64,000 bases of DNA from Deltaproteobacteria bacterium (GCA_029555025.1 JAKPTZ010000004.1:3373-67372); one strand, 5' to 3'. Counted from the stretch's first letter, positions 28,225 through 37,544 are shown. Numbers and translations are program-made. Notes: generated from the letters alone by a model not told the origin.

Positions 28225-28830
28225 ATGATGAAGAAGGTTATTGCAATTGCGGCAGGTTTTGTCGCGGTGATGTTCCTGGCGTTCGCGCCCGTGGCGGCTT
28301 CGGCCCAGGGGTGTGGCGGTTGCAAGGGTAAGGGCGCCGAGATGAAGGACGGCATGGGGCCCCATGGCCATCATCATGGCCACAAGAAGGATTTTCGCTT
28401 TTGGAAGTGCCCGAAGGCGAGTGCTGAACTGAAGCTGACGCCAGAGCAGATTAAGAAGCTGGACGCGGCGGACGAGGCTGCCGGAAAGAAGATGGATGCC
28501 ATCCGCGATCAGTTGAAGACGCTCAAGGCCCAGAAGCACGACGCGATGAAGGGACACCCGGTTGACCGGGATAAGGTGATGGGCCTGGTTGCAAAGGTCA
28601 TCGACCTTAAGTCGCAGAAGATGAAGGCCAGGGCCGAGTTCAAGCTCGAGGCGTTCGGCATCCTGACCAAGGATCAGAAGCTGAAGCTGGATTCGCTTCG
28701 CGACGAGATGATGCCAAAGGGCCCCGGCTGTGATTGCGGCGCTGGTTGCGGCTGCAAGGACGGCGACAAGGGCGACGGCAAGGCTTGCAACTGCGGCTGT
28801 GGCGGCGGATGCGGGTGCGACAAGGATTGA
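28225..28830 (+). CDS. Spy/CpxP/ZraP family periplasmic protein with His-rich N-terminus and Cys-rich tail
   Basis: GGAGG RBS; signal peptide ending ASA; two LTxxQ motifs (LTPEQ, LTKDQ); HGHHHGH; 9-Cys C-terminus. Confidence 0.85.
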   Translation: MMKKVIAIAAGFVAVMFLAFAPVAASAQGCGGCKGKGAEMKDGMGPHGHHHGHKKDFRFWKCPKASAELKLTPEQIKKLDAADEAAGKKMDAIRDQLKTLKAQKHDAMKGHPVDRDKVMGLVAKVIDLKSQKMKARAEFKLEAFGILTKDQKLKLDSLRDEMMPKGPGCDCGAGCGCKDGDKGDGKACNCGCGGGCGCDKD

Positions 28831-28861
28831 TGTCGGTACGTTTCGGCGGAACCGATTCCCC

Positions 28862-29995
28862 TCATTCGACCCCGGGCGCCTTCTGATAGATGATTCTTCC
28901 CGTGATCTGGATCGGGCCTGGGTTCCCGGGCATCATGTCAACATCGATGTGGTAGATTTCGGTGCCTGGATCATGCTTGTTGCCGGCCTGATCGACGTAG
29001 GCCACCCAGAACGTATATCCCTTGCCATTGTCCTCGGGATGGAAGAACGAAATCGGTGAAGCTACAAGCTGGTGGTAGAAGTATCCCCAGACCGTCCCGA
29101 ATTCGACATCGACCTGCGGCACCAGGTTCGGATCCATGGCCGCGGAATCGTCAACGAAACGCATTTCCAGCAGCATCTTCGCGTGCCTGGTCCGGTCGGC
29201 GGTCCATCCGTCCCCGACTTCGCCCGTGCTGATGTCCCAGTGGGTATTCGAGTAGTCAATCACACCCATCTTCCGAACCGTGTTGGCTCCAGGTCCATTC
29301 GAGCCGACATCCGTCATGCCGGTAAGATCCAGCGTCGAGCCGTAAGGCTGCGGCCAGTCGATCGTTCCCTTCAGCATGCCGAAGTCCGGGTGGTACCACG
29401 CCTCGCCGTTGATGACCGTGCCATCGACGTTAGTCAATCCCGTGAACCGCGTTACCCCGTTGAAAACGCCCGCCTGGGTGACAACACGCGTATCCTTCTC
29501 GATGGCGCGGTATGTCATTGTAGTTTCAAGCTGCGTGCCGTTCGCCGGATCCGATGGGTCGCCAAGATACGCGGTTCCCTTGATCGGAACCGTCTGGTCA
29601 ACGTCAAGGGGCGGGTCAAGGTTCACAAAAACCGGTGTGTCCGTGGTTCCTGATACGAACGGGAATCCGCCGTTCTCGCCCCAGTTTATTTCCCCGCCGG
29701 CGAAGGTGACGGAATCTGGCTTCAGGTCGATGAAAGCCTTGAAGTCCGTGGAAACGCCGGTGGGATCGCGTCCAACCGCCAGAACCGTGTACTCACGACC
29801 GTTCACGACAACGGTCTCGTTCTGACGAACCGTAAGCTACATGGAGCGGCCCTGACTGTCGGTCGCCGCCAGGGTCGAAACGGTGGTCGGCGACATTGGC
29901 CCGAAGGGATCCTTTGGTCCGCCGGCTTCCTCGCCACACGCGGTCAACAGCGCAACCATCGCAAGAAACGGGACAAATCCATCTGTGAACTTCAT
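28862..29995 (-). pseudogene. Lipoprotein gene interrupted by one in-frame TAG (pseudogene, sequencing error or recoding)
   Basis: GGAGG RBS and lipobox LLTAC; ORFs 29837..30052 and 28862..29806 share a frame and are separated only by TAG at 29839-29837. Confidence 0.7.
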
Positions 29996-30026
29996 CGGGC
30001 CGCCTCCATTTGAAAGTACGACAGGG

Positions 30027-31598
30027 TCAAAGCGGCCACGGCACCACGCCAATTGCCGCCATCTGATCGACGTCGATTATCATGATGTCATCGGGGGGAG
30101 TCTTCTTGACGGTGTCCATGGCAACCTCGATGGCCTGATCCGGTTCGCCCGACGCAACCATGGTCGTTTCGATCGGAACAATCAGATCCTCGTTGTGCCA
30201 GGTCCTGACCCCGACAAACATGTGCCCGGGAACCAGGTAAAGAACGGCCCTCAGCCCAAGTGCCTTGAACGCGGCCGCGAACACCAGCGCCCCTTCGGCG
30301 CAGTTCGCCGTCTTCTGCGCAAGCGTTTCCGACGGATACATGATGAACTGGGAAGTGGAAAAGAAGTCGTTAGGGGCGTTGACATAGTTGACGCCCAGGG
30401 CCTTCATCGCTTTGAAAATCGCGGATGCCTGCATGGTTACCACTTCGGTGTGGGTTGCAGTCCTGACCCGGGCCACGCGTGAAGTGGCCGTGAAACGCGG
30501 CCCCCTGGAATAGACAAGGTGATAATCGATATCGGCCTCGGACTTGAATTCCATCTGGCCGGCAGCAACCGCGTCGGCCTGGGCGAAATAGACCGCCGCT
30601 TCCTGGCCGGCCTTCCATGCCGCCAGATTGGCGTCGTCCATCACCTGGAACGCGACGTCGGGGTATCCCGCCCCGGGAATCTGCATCAATCGAATCTGTA
30701 CAACGTTGTTGGCGCCAGGCCTTATTGTTTCAACGGCGAAGTCGCTTGTACGCAGCGCCTCGATTTCGGTCGGTTCAAGTGGAACGTCCTGGTAACCAAC
30801 CATTGCCTTGTCCGGCATGAAATCGGATGCGGACTTCAACAGCTTCCGAATCAGGAAATCCTTGTCGTGCGGCACGACGAAGGCGGCAAGGAAGGGCGCA
30901 AGGGGATGATTCCGCTTCATCTTTGGCTGGGACTCGTCCGGCGCCTCGTTCGGGAACGACCAGAACATGCTGTTCTTGCTGGCAAGCTTGATCGGCCTGG
31001 TTTCCTCGAAAATCATCGAGTTCGCGGTCTTGATGCTGACGTTGACCGCGGACGGGGTGCTGGTGGTTATTCGCGACAGCGCCGCGAAGTCGAGCGTGGG
31101 CGTCAGACGGATCACCCGGCTCTCGCCCGGAAGAAGATTGATGGTCGATTTGCCGGCGGCGCTGAATCCGGGGATATCAACGTGGCACGAAAGGGGAACC
31201 CGGTCGCTGTCGGAAAGGTTGCGGGCCTTCACGGAAACAAGAGGAACGTCGTTCAGCGGGCCGGAGCCCAGCAGGTGTGCGATGAAAGTCGGAAAGATGT
31301 CACCAACAAGACCGGTGTAATCGACAGTCACATCGACGGCGCCATCGACGCAGCGACCGGTAACGCATGCCGCTCCACGCCTGCACTGACCGCAGGCCCC
31401 TCCGCACCCGTCCGGTCCGCACGTCCGCCCGTCGCATGACGGAATGCAACTGGCGACGGACTGGCCTGCGGTTCTGGCTGCCTCCGGGCGGGGCGACTCG
31501 CCGGACGATGCCATCGCCGGAAGAATAAACGCCACGACCAGGAACGACGCACAGAGTGCGAAACGGATGTTTTTCATACGGAAGAACCTCATGCCCAT
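30027..31598 (-). CDS. Secreted protein with Cys-rich module and C-terminal transglutaminase-like cysteine protease domain
   Basis: Signal peptide; CIPSCDGRTCGPDGCGGACGQC; NCAEGALVFAA, PGHMFVG, IETT (Cys-His-Glu). Confidence 0.72.
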   Translation of the reverse strand: MGMRFFRMKNIRFALCASFLVVAFILPAMASSGESPRPEAARTAGQSVASCIPSCDGRTCGPDGCGGACGQCRRGAACVTGRCVDGAVDVTVDYTGLVGDIFPTFIAHLLGSGPLNDVPLVSVKARNLSDSDRVPLSCHVDIPGFSAAGKSTINLLPGESRVIRLTPTLDFAALSRITTSTPSAVNVSIKTANSMIFEETRPIKLASKNSMFWSFPNEAPDESQPKMKRNHPLAPFLAAFVVPHDKDFLIRKLLKSASDFMPDKAMVGYQDVPLEPTEIEALRTSDFAVETIRPGANNVVQIRLMQIPGAGYPDVAFQVMDDANLAAWKAGQEAAVYFAQADAVAAGQMEFKSEADIDYHLVYSRGPRFTATSRVARVRTATHTEVVTMQASAIFKAMKALGVNYVNAPNDFFSTSQFIMYPSETLAQKTANCAEGALVFAAAFKALGLRAVLYLVPGHMFVGVRTWHNEDLIVPIETTMVASGEPDQAIEVAMDTVKKTPPDDIMIIDVDQMAAIGVVPWPL

Positions 31599-31738
31599 AA
31601 ATACAATCGACTTGAAAAGCGCTGATGGCAGGCCGGATTGTACCAGCCCACAGCCTGGTTGACAACAGACGGGCAGCCGGGACGACGAGGGCTTCCAGCC
31701 AATGAAAAGTGAGGGTGTGACCCCAACGAACTTCCGAC

Positions 31739-31767
31739 TTGCCGCGTCGAATCAACGCTGGTATCAT
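31739..31767 (+). promoter_or_regulatory. sigma70 promoter of tRNA-Pro
   Basis: TTGCCG-17 nt-TATCAT just upstream of the tRNA. Confidence 0.55.
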
Positions 31768-31781
31768 CCACCTGCTTTTTA

Positions 31782-31860
31782 CGGGGCGTAGCGCAGCCTG
31801 GTTTAGCGCACTTGACTGGGGGTCAAGGAGTCGCTGGTTCGAATCCAGTCGCCCCGACCA
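31782..31860 (+). tRNA. tRNA-Pro (GGG)
   Basis: Acceptor CGGGGCG/CGCCCCG, D arm GCGC/GCGC, anticodon arm CTTGA-CT-GGG-GG-TCAAG, T loop TTCGAAT, encoded CCA. Confidence 0.97.
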
Positions 31861-32175
31861 ATTCAATTGTTGTCGTTTTCGCGTTGCCTGGTCGTGTTGT
31901 GGACTGACGGCCGGGTACTGTCGGGCACTTCGGCCGGTTCTGCGGCGCCTCGTTTCCCCGGTCGGTCTCGCGATCCGACGGAACCTGGGGTCAAAGTCCG
32001 CGCGTAACCACGCTCCATGTCCAACATTTATTGAAGTCAGTCTCGCCTGGCAGCCATCACCTGGATTCGGATAAGAATTTGAATTTACGCGGTTTGTTTC
32101 GAGACTGACGGCCTGCGAAAGTGAACGGCACGGTTCCTGTAACGTCAGCATCCGACTCAATCGGACGGTGCGGCA

Positions 32176-32838
32176 ATGAATGACGTGAATGAATCAAGTT
32201 CAAGTTGGTCCGACAGCAGGCTTATCGCAAGCGTGATTTCGGACGGACGGTGTGGCAGGGAAGCAATCAGGAGGGCCGATGAACTGCTGCGGGGGTACGG
32301 CTCGGCAAGGCTTGTCGTGGCCGCCGTTGACGCCTCAGGCCGTCCGGTCGGGCACAGGCTGACACCTGCCGAGCAGCGGCGCCTTGCGGACGCTCGCGAG
32401 CTTGCAAGGCGCCTTCTGGCGGCCGAGATTTCAGACGGAACGAACCGGGTTTCCACTCCGGCGGAGGTCGCCTCGTGGGCAGGGCGGCTCGCTTTCTGTC
32501 GGGAGGAAGTGTTGATGGTTGTCGGGCTCGACACCAGGAACAGGGTCGCCGGTTCGTGGGAAATTGCGCGCGGCTGGGAGGCCGGTATCAACATACATCC
32601 ACGCCAGATATTCTCGCTGCTTATCCGTGAATCGGTCGGGCGGTGCGTGCTGGTGCACAACCACCCGTCCGGAAACCCCGAGCCCAGCGACGAGGACATC
32701 CGGTTCACCCGGACCATTATCGATGCCGGAAGGCTGCTTGGCGTCGACGTGCTGGATCATGTTGTGGTTGCCGCGTCCGGATTTTTCAGCATGCGCGCCG
32801 ATTGCGTCAATCTTGAATTCGGGCGGTGTTCAAGCTAG
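32176..32838 (+). CDS. radC: RadC family JAB-domain protein
   Basis: EEVL, IHPRQIF, HNHPSGNPEPSDED, VLDHVV. Confidence 0.88.
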   Translation: MNDVNESSSSWSDSRLIASVISDGRCGREAIRRADELLRGYGSARLVVAAVDASGRPVGHRLTPAEQRRLADARELARRLLAAEISDGTNRVSTPAEVASWAGRLAFCREEVLMVVGLDTRNRVAGSWEIARGWEAGINIHPRQIFSLLIRESVGRCVLVHNHPSGNPEPSDEDIRFTRTIIDAGRLLGVDVLDHVVVAASGFFSMRADCVNLEFGRCSS

Positions 32839-32943
32839 CATCGTCGCGCGCCGGAACGGGTTGCACGCGTTTCGGCAAGCGACGTCCAGCCGGGAATCCC
32901 GCAGGGTCGGGCAGGCCGGACATTCAGCCAGCGGGGGCCGCCA

Positions 32944-33552
32944 ATGAAAGGTATCCTGGTAATCATCAGCGCGCCGTCGGGCGCCGGCAAGTCAACCATC
33001 ATCCGGCAGATTCTTGGGAACGATCCAAACTGTCGCTTCGCCATTTCGCATACGACCCGCCAGCCAAGGGCAGGGGAGAAGGACGGCGTCGATTACTACT
33101 TCGTCGGCAGGGATGAGTTTCAGTCCATGGTGGCGAACGACAGGTTCGCGGAATGGGCCGTGGTCCATTCGAATTTTTATGGTACTTCGCTGGCCGAGGT
33201 CGAGCGGCTTTCAAGCCAGGGCATCGATGTCGTGTTCGAGGTCGATTACCAGGGCGGGCGGGCCCTTATGCGCCGTTTCCCGGATGCGGCAAGCATCTTC
33301 GTATTGCCACCGTCGATGGCCGAGGTGAAGCGGCGCCTGACCGATCGCGGCACGGACGATGCCGAAACCATCGAGATGCGCCTGCAGAACGCAAGGATTG
33401 AGATTGCGACCGCCGGGGAATACCGGTACATCGTCGTCAACGATGATCTGGATCGGGCGGTTTCCCAGGTCGGCGACGTGATAAGGGTCGAAAGACTGCG
33501 GTCGATAAACCGCGCGGCGATGATTCGCGACCTTGTCGCCGAGAAGGTTTAG
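32944..33552 (+). CDS. gmk: Guanylate kinase
   Basis: SAPSGAGKST, SHTTRQPR, DGVDYYF, EWAVVH..YGT, IFVLPPS, RGTD. Confidence 0.97.
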   Translation: MKGILVIISAPSGAGKSTIIRQILGNDPNCRFAISHTTRQPRAGEKDGVDYYFVGRDEFQSMVANDRFAEWAVVHSNFYGTSLAEVERLSSQGIDVVFEVDYQGGRALMRRFPDAASIFVLPPSMAEVKRRLTDRGTDDAETIEMRLQNARIEIATAGEYRYIVVNDDLDRAVSQVGDVIRVERLRSINRAAMIRDLVAEKV

Positions 33553-33628
33553 CGGGCGAATTTGATTGGAGCGGGCGAATTTTCATTCGCCCTTACAGAT
33601 CGGGGAGCGGGCGAATCATATTCGGCCG
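33553..33628. repeat. REP cluster between gmk and gltX
   Basis: Half unit at 33553, full unit cgggcgaattttcattcgcccttac at 33572-33596, degenerate unit at 33608-33628. Confidence 0.75.
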
Positions 33629-33650
33629 TTTTTGTGTTTCAGGAGGTTCA

Positions 33651-35108
33651 ATGTCCGACAAACCAGTCCGTGTACGAATCGCACCCAGCCCGACCGGCGA
33701 CCCCCATGTGGGAACCGCTTACGTCGGCCTGATCAATTACGCATTTGCCCGCCAGAACGGCGGACAGTTCATCCTGCGCATCGAAGACACCGATCAGGAG
33801 AGATCGACACGGGCCAGCGAACAGGCGATTTTCGACGCGCTGCGCTGGGTCGGCCTGTCGTGGGACGAAGGCCCCGACGTTGGCGGACCCTTGGGGCCAT
33901 ACCGGCAGTCCGAGCGGACCGAAATCTACCGGAAACACGTTCGCGACTTGATTGATCTTGGTTTCGCGTACCCCTGTTTCTGCACGCCGGAAGAACTGAA
34001 CGCGATCAGGCTTCGCCAGCGCGACCTGAAGCAGAACACCGGCTATGACGGCACTTGTCGCCACATTCCGAAGGACGAGGCAATCCGTCGGATGGACGCG
34101 GGCGAGACCTGTGTCATCAGGCTGAAGGTTCCAGAAGGAAAGACCGTCGTTCACGACAGGCTTCGGGGGGATGTCGAGATCGAGAACAGCCAGGTTGACG
34201 ACCAGATTCTGCTGAAGTCCGACGGCTTTCCAACGTACCACCTGGCGAACGTGGTTGACGACCACCTGATGGGGATTACCCACGTCATACGCGCCGAGGA
34301 GTGGATTTCAAGCACGCCGAAGCACCTGATGCTTTACGAGGCCTTTGGCTGGGAGCCGCCGACCTTCGTGCATCTGCCGCTGCTGCGGAATCACGACAAG
34401 TCCAAGATTTCCAAGCGCAAGAACCCTGTTTCCCTGCTTTATTTCAAGCAGATCGGGATCCTGCCCGAAGCGATGCTGAACTTCCTTGCAATGCTCGGGC
34501 ATTCGATGCCGGACGAGCGCGAAAAGTTCACCCTGACCGAGTTCGTCAACGAATTCAGTTTTGATCGGATCAGCCTGGGCGGGCCGGTGTTCGACCTGGA
34601 GAAGCTGATCTGGTTGAACGGCGTTCACATCCGCGAGATGGATGACGACGAACTTGCGCGCAGGATCGTGGGGCTGATGTTCACGCCCGAGGCGATGAAG
34701 CCTTTGATTCCGCTCATCAAGGAACGAATCCGGACACTTGGCGATTATCCGGAACATGTTTCGTACTTCAATGCGCCCCAAATCGATGTGCCCCTGATTG
34801 ATATCTGGAAGGCAGGGAAGGGCATGACGACCGCTCAGATCGCCAAGATGCTCAAGGAGACCGTCGAGTTCCTGGACGGAATCCGCGAGTTCGATGCCCG
34901 GTGGCTTGAAGAAGGACTGAGAACCTTTTGCGAGCAGAAGGAGTACCAGGTCAAGACGCTGTTCATGATGCTGCGCCTGTGCATCACCGGCCGCAAGGCG
35001 ACCCCGCCGCTGTTCGATGTCTTCGTCGTGCTCGGAAAGGCCGCTGTCGGCCAGAGAATCAGGGCCGCCGCCGATGCCATCGCCGCCTGGAAGCCGCCAG
35101 CCGCCTGA
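33651..35108 (+). CDS. gltX: Glutamate--tRNA ligase
   Basis: RIAPSPTG, HIGH-type HVGT, RIEDTD, PTYHLANVVDD, KMSKS-type KISKR; AGGAGG RBS. Confidence 0.96.
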   Translation: MSDKPVRVRIAPSPTGDPHVGTAYVGLINYAFARQNGGQFILRIEDTDQERSTRASEQAIFDALRWVGLSWDEGPDVGGPLGPYRQSERTEIYRKHVRDLIDLGFAYPCFCTPEELNAIRLRQRDLKQNTGYDGTCRHIPKDEAIRRMDAGETCVIRLKVPEGKTVVHDRLRGDVEIENSQVDDQILLKSDGFPTYHLANVVDDHLMGITHVIRAEEWISSTPKHLMLYEAFGWEPPTFVHLPLLRNHDKSKISKRKNPVSLLYFKQIGILPEAMLNFLAMLGHSMPDEREKFTLTEFVNEFSFDRISLGGPVFDLEKLIWLNGVHIREMDDDELARRIVGLMFTPEAMKPLIPLIKERIRTLGDYPEHVSYFNAPQIDVPLIDIWKAGKGMTTAQIAKMLKETVEFLDGIREFDARWLEEGLRTFCEQKEYQVKTLFMMLRLCITGRKATPPLFDVFVVLGKAAVGQRIRAAADAIAAWKPPAA

Positions 35109-35120
35109 AAATCCGCCAGA

Positions 35121-35540
35121 TTACACCAGTTCGGATTCCGAAAAGAAAAAGGCGGTCTCAAATGCGGCCGAGTCCGGGCAGTCCGATCCGTGAACCGCGT
35201 TGTGACGGATGCTTTCGCCAAAGGCGCCACGAATCGTCTCGGGCCCGCATTCGGCTGGATCTGTCGGCCCGATCATCTGACGCCACCTGCTGATTGCGCT
35301 TTCGCCCTCGATCAGCATGACGACCACGGGGCCGGATAGCATCATTTCGCAAAGCAGCGGAAAGAAGTACTTGTCGTTGTGAACGTAATAAAAGCGTTCA
35401 ACCTGGGATGCCGTCAGCCGCAGCATCTTCATGCCGGCAAGCGTAAGACCGCTCTTTTCGATGCACTGGATGATTTCGCCGACATGATGGTTTTCAAAGG
35501 CGTCGGGCTTAATGATGGCCAGGGTTCGTTCAATAGTCAT
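35121..35540 (-). CDS. ndk: Nucleoside-diphosphate kinase
   Basis: ERTLAIIKPDA, TIRG, NAVHGSD. Confidence 0.96.
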   Translation of the reverse strand: MTIERTLAIIKPDAFENHHVGEIIQCIEKSGLTLAGMKMLRLTASQVERFYYVHNDKYFFPLLCEMMLSGPVVVMLIEGESAISRWRQMIGPTDPAECGPETIRGAFGESIRHNAVHGSDCPDSAAFETAFFFSESELV

Positions 35541-35568
35541 ATCAGGCCCCCAACAGGTTGAAGCACCA

Positions 35569-36606
35569 TTATATGCCCAGAATCCACTCCAGGTCTTCAA
35601 TGAAAATCACGCTTAACAGATCATAAACGTCGCCCGAGGCCTTGAAAAGCACCCTATCAGACCTTACGGCAACACTGTTTTCGTTTATCGCCGCCTCGGC
35701 ATCCGAAAAGAATTCCGGGGGCACATCCGGTCGCGCGCCGGCCTTGCGCCAAGACGTCAGAACCTTGTCACGCCAGCCCTTTTCAACGGCGGCCCGCAGT
35801 GTCTGCGCGGTGTCGGGATCGCTGGCAATCGAGGATACCAGAAGGCCGTCACGGCCCCCGAAAACAGCCGTTCCACGGCAGATTGCCTTGTCGCACCAAC
35901 CCGGATCCATGCCGGGGAAGAAGAGGGCGAAGTCCCGCCATCCGTCGTCGGCAATCAGGTCGGCAAAGACGTTGCGATCCCTGGAAAAGAGCATCCCAAG
36001 GCTGGGTTGAGAGGCGCGAAACAGAGTCAGTGCCTGGATTACCGAGTTCTGGTCGCCCGAGACCAGGCGTCCCTCGACGGCGCCCGTTGAAATAAGGGCG
36101 CTTCGGCGGAACACAATAGGTCCGGAATACGGTCCAACCGACCAGATCGCGGATTCGGCAGGTGAAGATATGTCCGAACCGGCGGCGCAGACCAGGAAAC
36201 GGCCGCTGTCGCCCAGCCCGGCAAGCAGGCACGGGCCCGAGGTCTTGTCCAGGTCGATTCCATACAGGTCAATTAAACGCTTCCGGATGTCGTGGTGGTC
36301 GCGGGAACGAACCAGCTTGGGGGCGTTGCGGGCGACCTTGTGAAGGGTTTCGCGCACCCGCTCGACCTCGAAGACGGCAACCCACGTCGCGTCGGACGGA
36401 ATCATGTTGCCCAGCTGGACCACGACGTCCCTGCGGGTCGGAGTCCGCGCCGGCTGCGCCGCCGTATCACCGACCGAACCGGTGGACACCGCGGGCGCCG
36501 ATGCCGGATCCGGCTTGGAGCCGCAACCGCAGCCGTCGCAACCGTTGATGAAGAACATGGCGCCAGCAAGGCCAGAAATTGCACAAAGCAAAATACGACG
36601 GTTCAT
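35569..36606 (-). CDS. Hypothetical exported lipoprotein
   Basis: N-terminal hydrophobic stretch followed by GCDGCGCG; ATGA coupling with the upstream PAP2 gene. Confidence 0.6.
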   Translation of the reverse strand: MNRRILLCAISGLAGAMFFINGCDGCGCGSKPDPASAPAVSTGSVGDTAAQPARTPTRRDVVVQLGNMIPSDATWVAVFEVERVRETLHKVARNAPKLVRSRDHHDIRKRLIDLYGIDLDKTSGPCLLAGLGDSGRFLVCAAGSDISSPAESAIWSVGPYSGPIVFRRSALISTGAVEGRLVSGDQNSVIQALTLFRASQPSLGMLFSRDRNVFADLIADDGWRDFALFFPGMDPGWCDKAICRGTAVFGGRDGLLVSSIASDPDTAQTLRAAVEKGWRDKVLTSWRKAGARPDVPPEFFSDAEAAINENSVAVRSDRVLFKASGDVYDLLSVIFIEDLEWILGI

Positions 36607-37544
36607 CGGGCTCCCCCCAAATCAGCGGGAATGTGTAAAGGATACCTGCGCGTAAGCGCGCGTCCAAGGTAAAAAGCCCCAACACCAAGCGCGGCACCAG
36701 CAAAAAGATCGATAACGTAGTGATATTGCAGATAAACTGTCGAAAAAACAAGCGCGGCGCACCAGGGCGCGACAGCAATGCCCCAGCGCCTGGAAAAGGC
36801 GAACATCGAAAGCGTCACGTAAATGGCGCCCGCAGTGTGGCCACTTGGAAAACAGTCGAATTTCAGCCCCTCGACCGAGTGGATTGAGTGCCTGATCAGG
36901 TCGGTAAGCCAGAGCCCCTCGACCCGCGTGTGCAGGCCAATCCGGGCGGCGTATTCCGGAAGATCCGCGATGATATAGGGCGACCGCGCCGGAACGAGCG
37001 TATAACCGATGAACTGGAGCCAGAAAAGGCAGGCAATACCAGTCAGATAGGCCATGAATTCGGAATAGCGCCGCCGAAACAGGAAAATGAAGCCCAGCAT
37101 GAAAAGCGGATAGTAAAGCGCATAGACGATCTGGAGGCCCTCGACGACGAAAGGATTCAGAAAATCCTGAAGAACAGCGTTGGGATTGGCGCCGAAAAAC
37201 ATCAGGCGGTCAATTTCCATCAAGGCGGCCTCGGCCCGGAACGGATTGATGAACTCAATCACGTGCCCAAGGGCCATGAAGGCGAATGGAAACGCGACGT
37301 AAAGAAACACTGCGCGGATGAACATTCTCAAGCCGAACGGTGACGGAGATCGATCGAGAATCCGGACGGCCGCCATGTAGCAGACAAGAATGGTTGCAAA
37401 TCGAATTGCCGGTTCGGTTCCCGAGGGTATCCGACCCGAAAAGGCCGCTGAGAGAACCAGGAAAAAAACCATGCAGCCCATGACTGCGAAGTCCATGATC
37501 TCAAAGCCATATCGAGGATGACTTGAAGCGGTTCCCCTTGTCAT
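36603..37544 (-). CDS. PAP2 family membrane phosphatase/phosphotransferase (Aur1/IPC synthase-like)
   Basis: Multiple TM helices; PAxxP, DCFPSGH, HYVID motifs. Confidence 0.85.
   Translation of the reverse strand: MTRGTASSHPRYGFEIMDFAVMGCMVFFLVLSAAFSGRIPSGTEPAIRFATILVCYMAAVRILDRSPSPFGLRMFIRAVFLYVAFPFAFMALGHVIEFINPFRAEAALMEIDRLMFFGANPNAVLQDFLNPFVVEGLQIVYALYYPLFMLGFIFLFRRRYSEFMAYLTGIACLFWLQFIGYTLVPARSPYIIADLPEYAARIGLHTRVEGLWLTDLIRHSIHSVEGLKFDCFPSGHTAGAIYVTLSMFAFSRRWGIAVAPWCAALVFSTVYLQYHYVIDLFAGAALGVGAFYLGRALTRRYPLHIPADLGGAR

Noticed and set aside
32123-32136. GAAC-N6-GTTC upstream of radC as a LexA box
   Set aside because: Spacing does not fit the GAAC-N4-GTTC type boxes known from Firmicutes or Myxococcus.
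31300-32160. 286-aa minus-strand ORF
   Set aside because: Spans the tRNA antisense (the WSGRLDSNQR pattern) and overlaps another gene out of frame; spurious.
31782-32838. tRNA-Pro followed by radC as a possible genomic island boundary
   Set aside because: No integrase, no duplicated tRNA 3' end seen, and core genes gmk and gltX follow directly.
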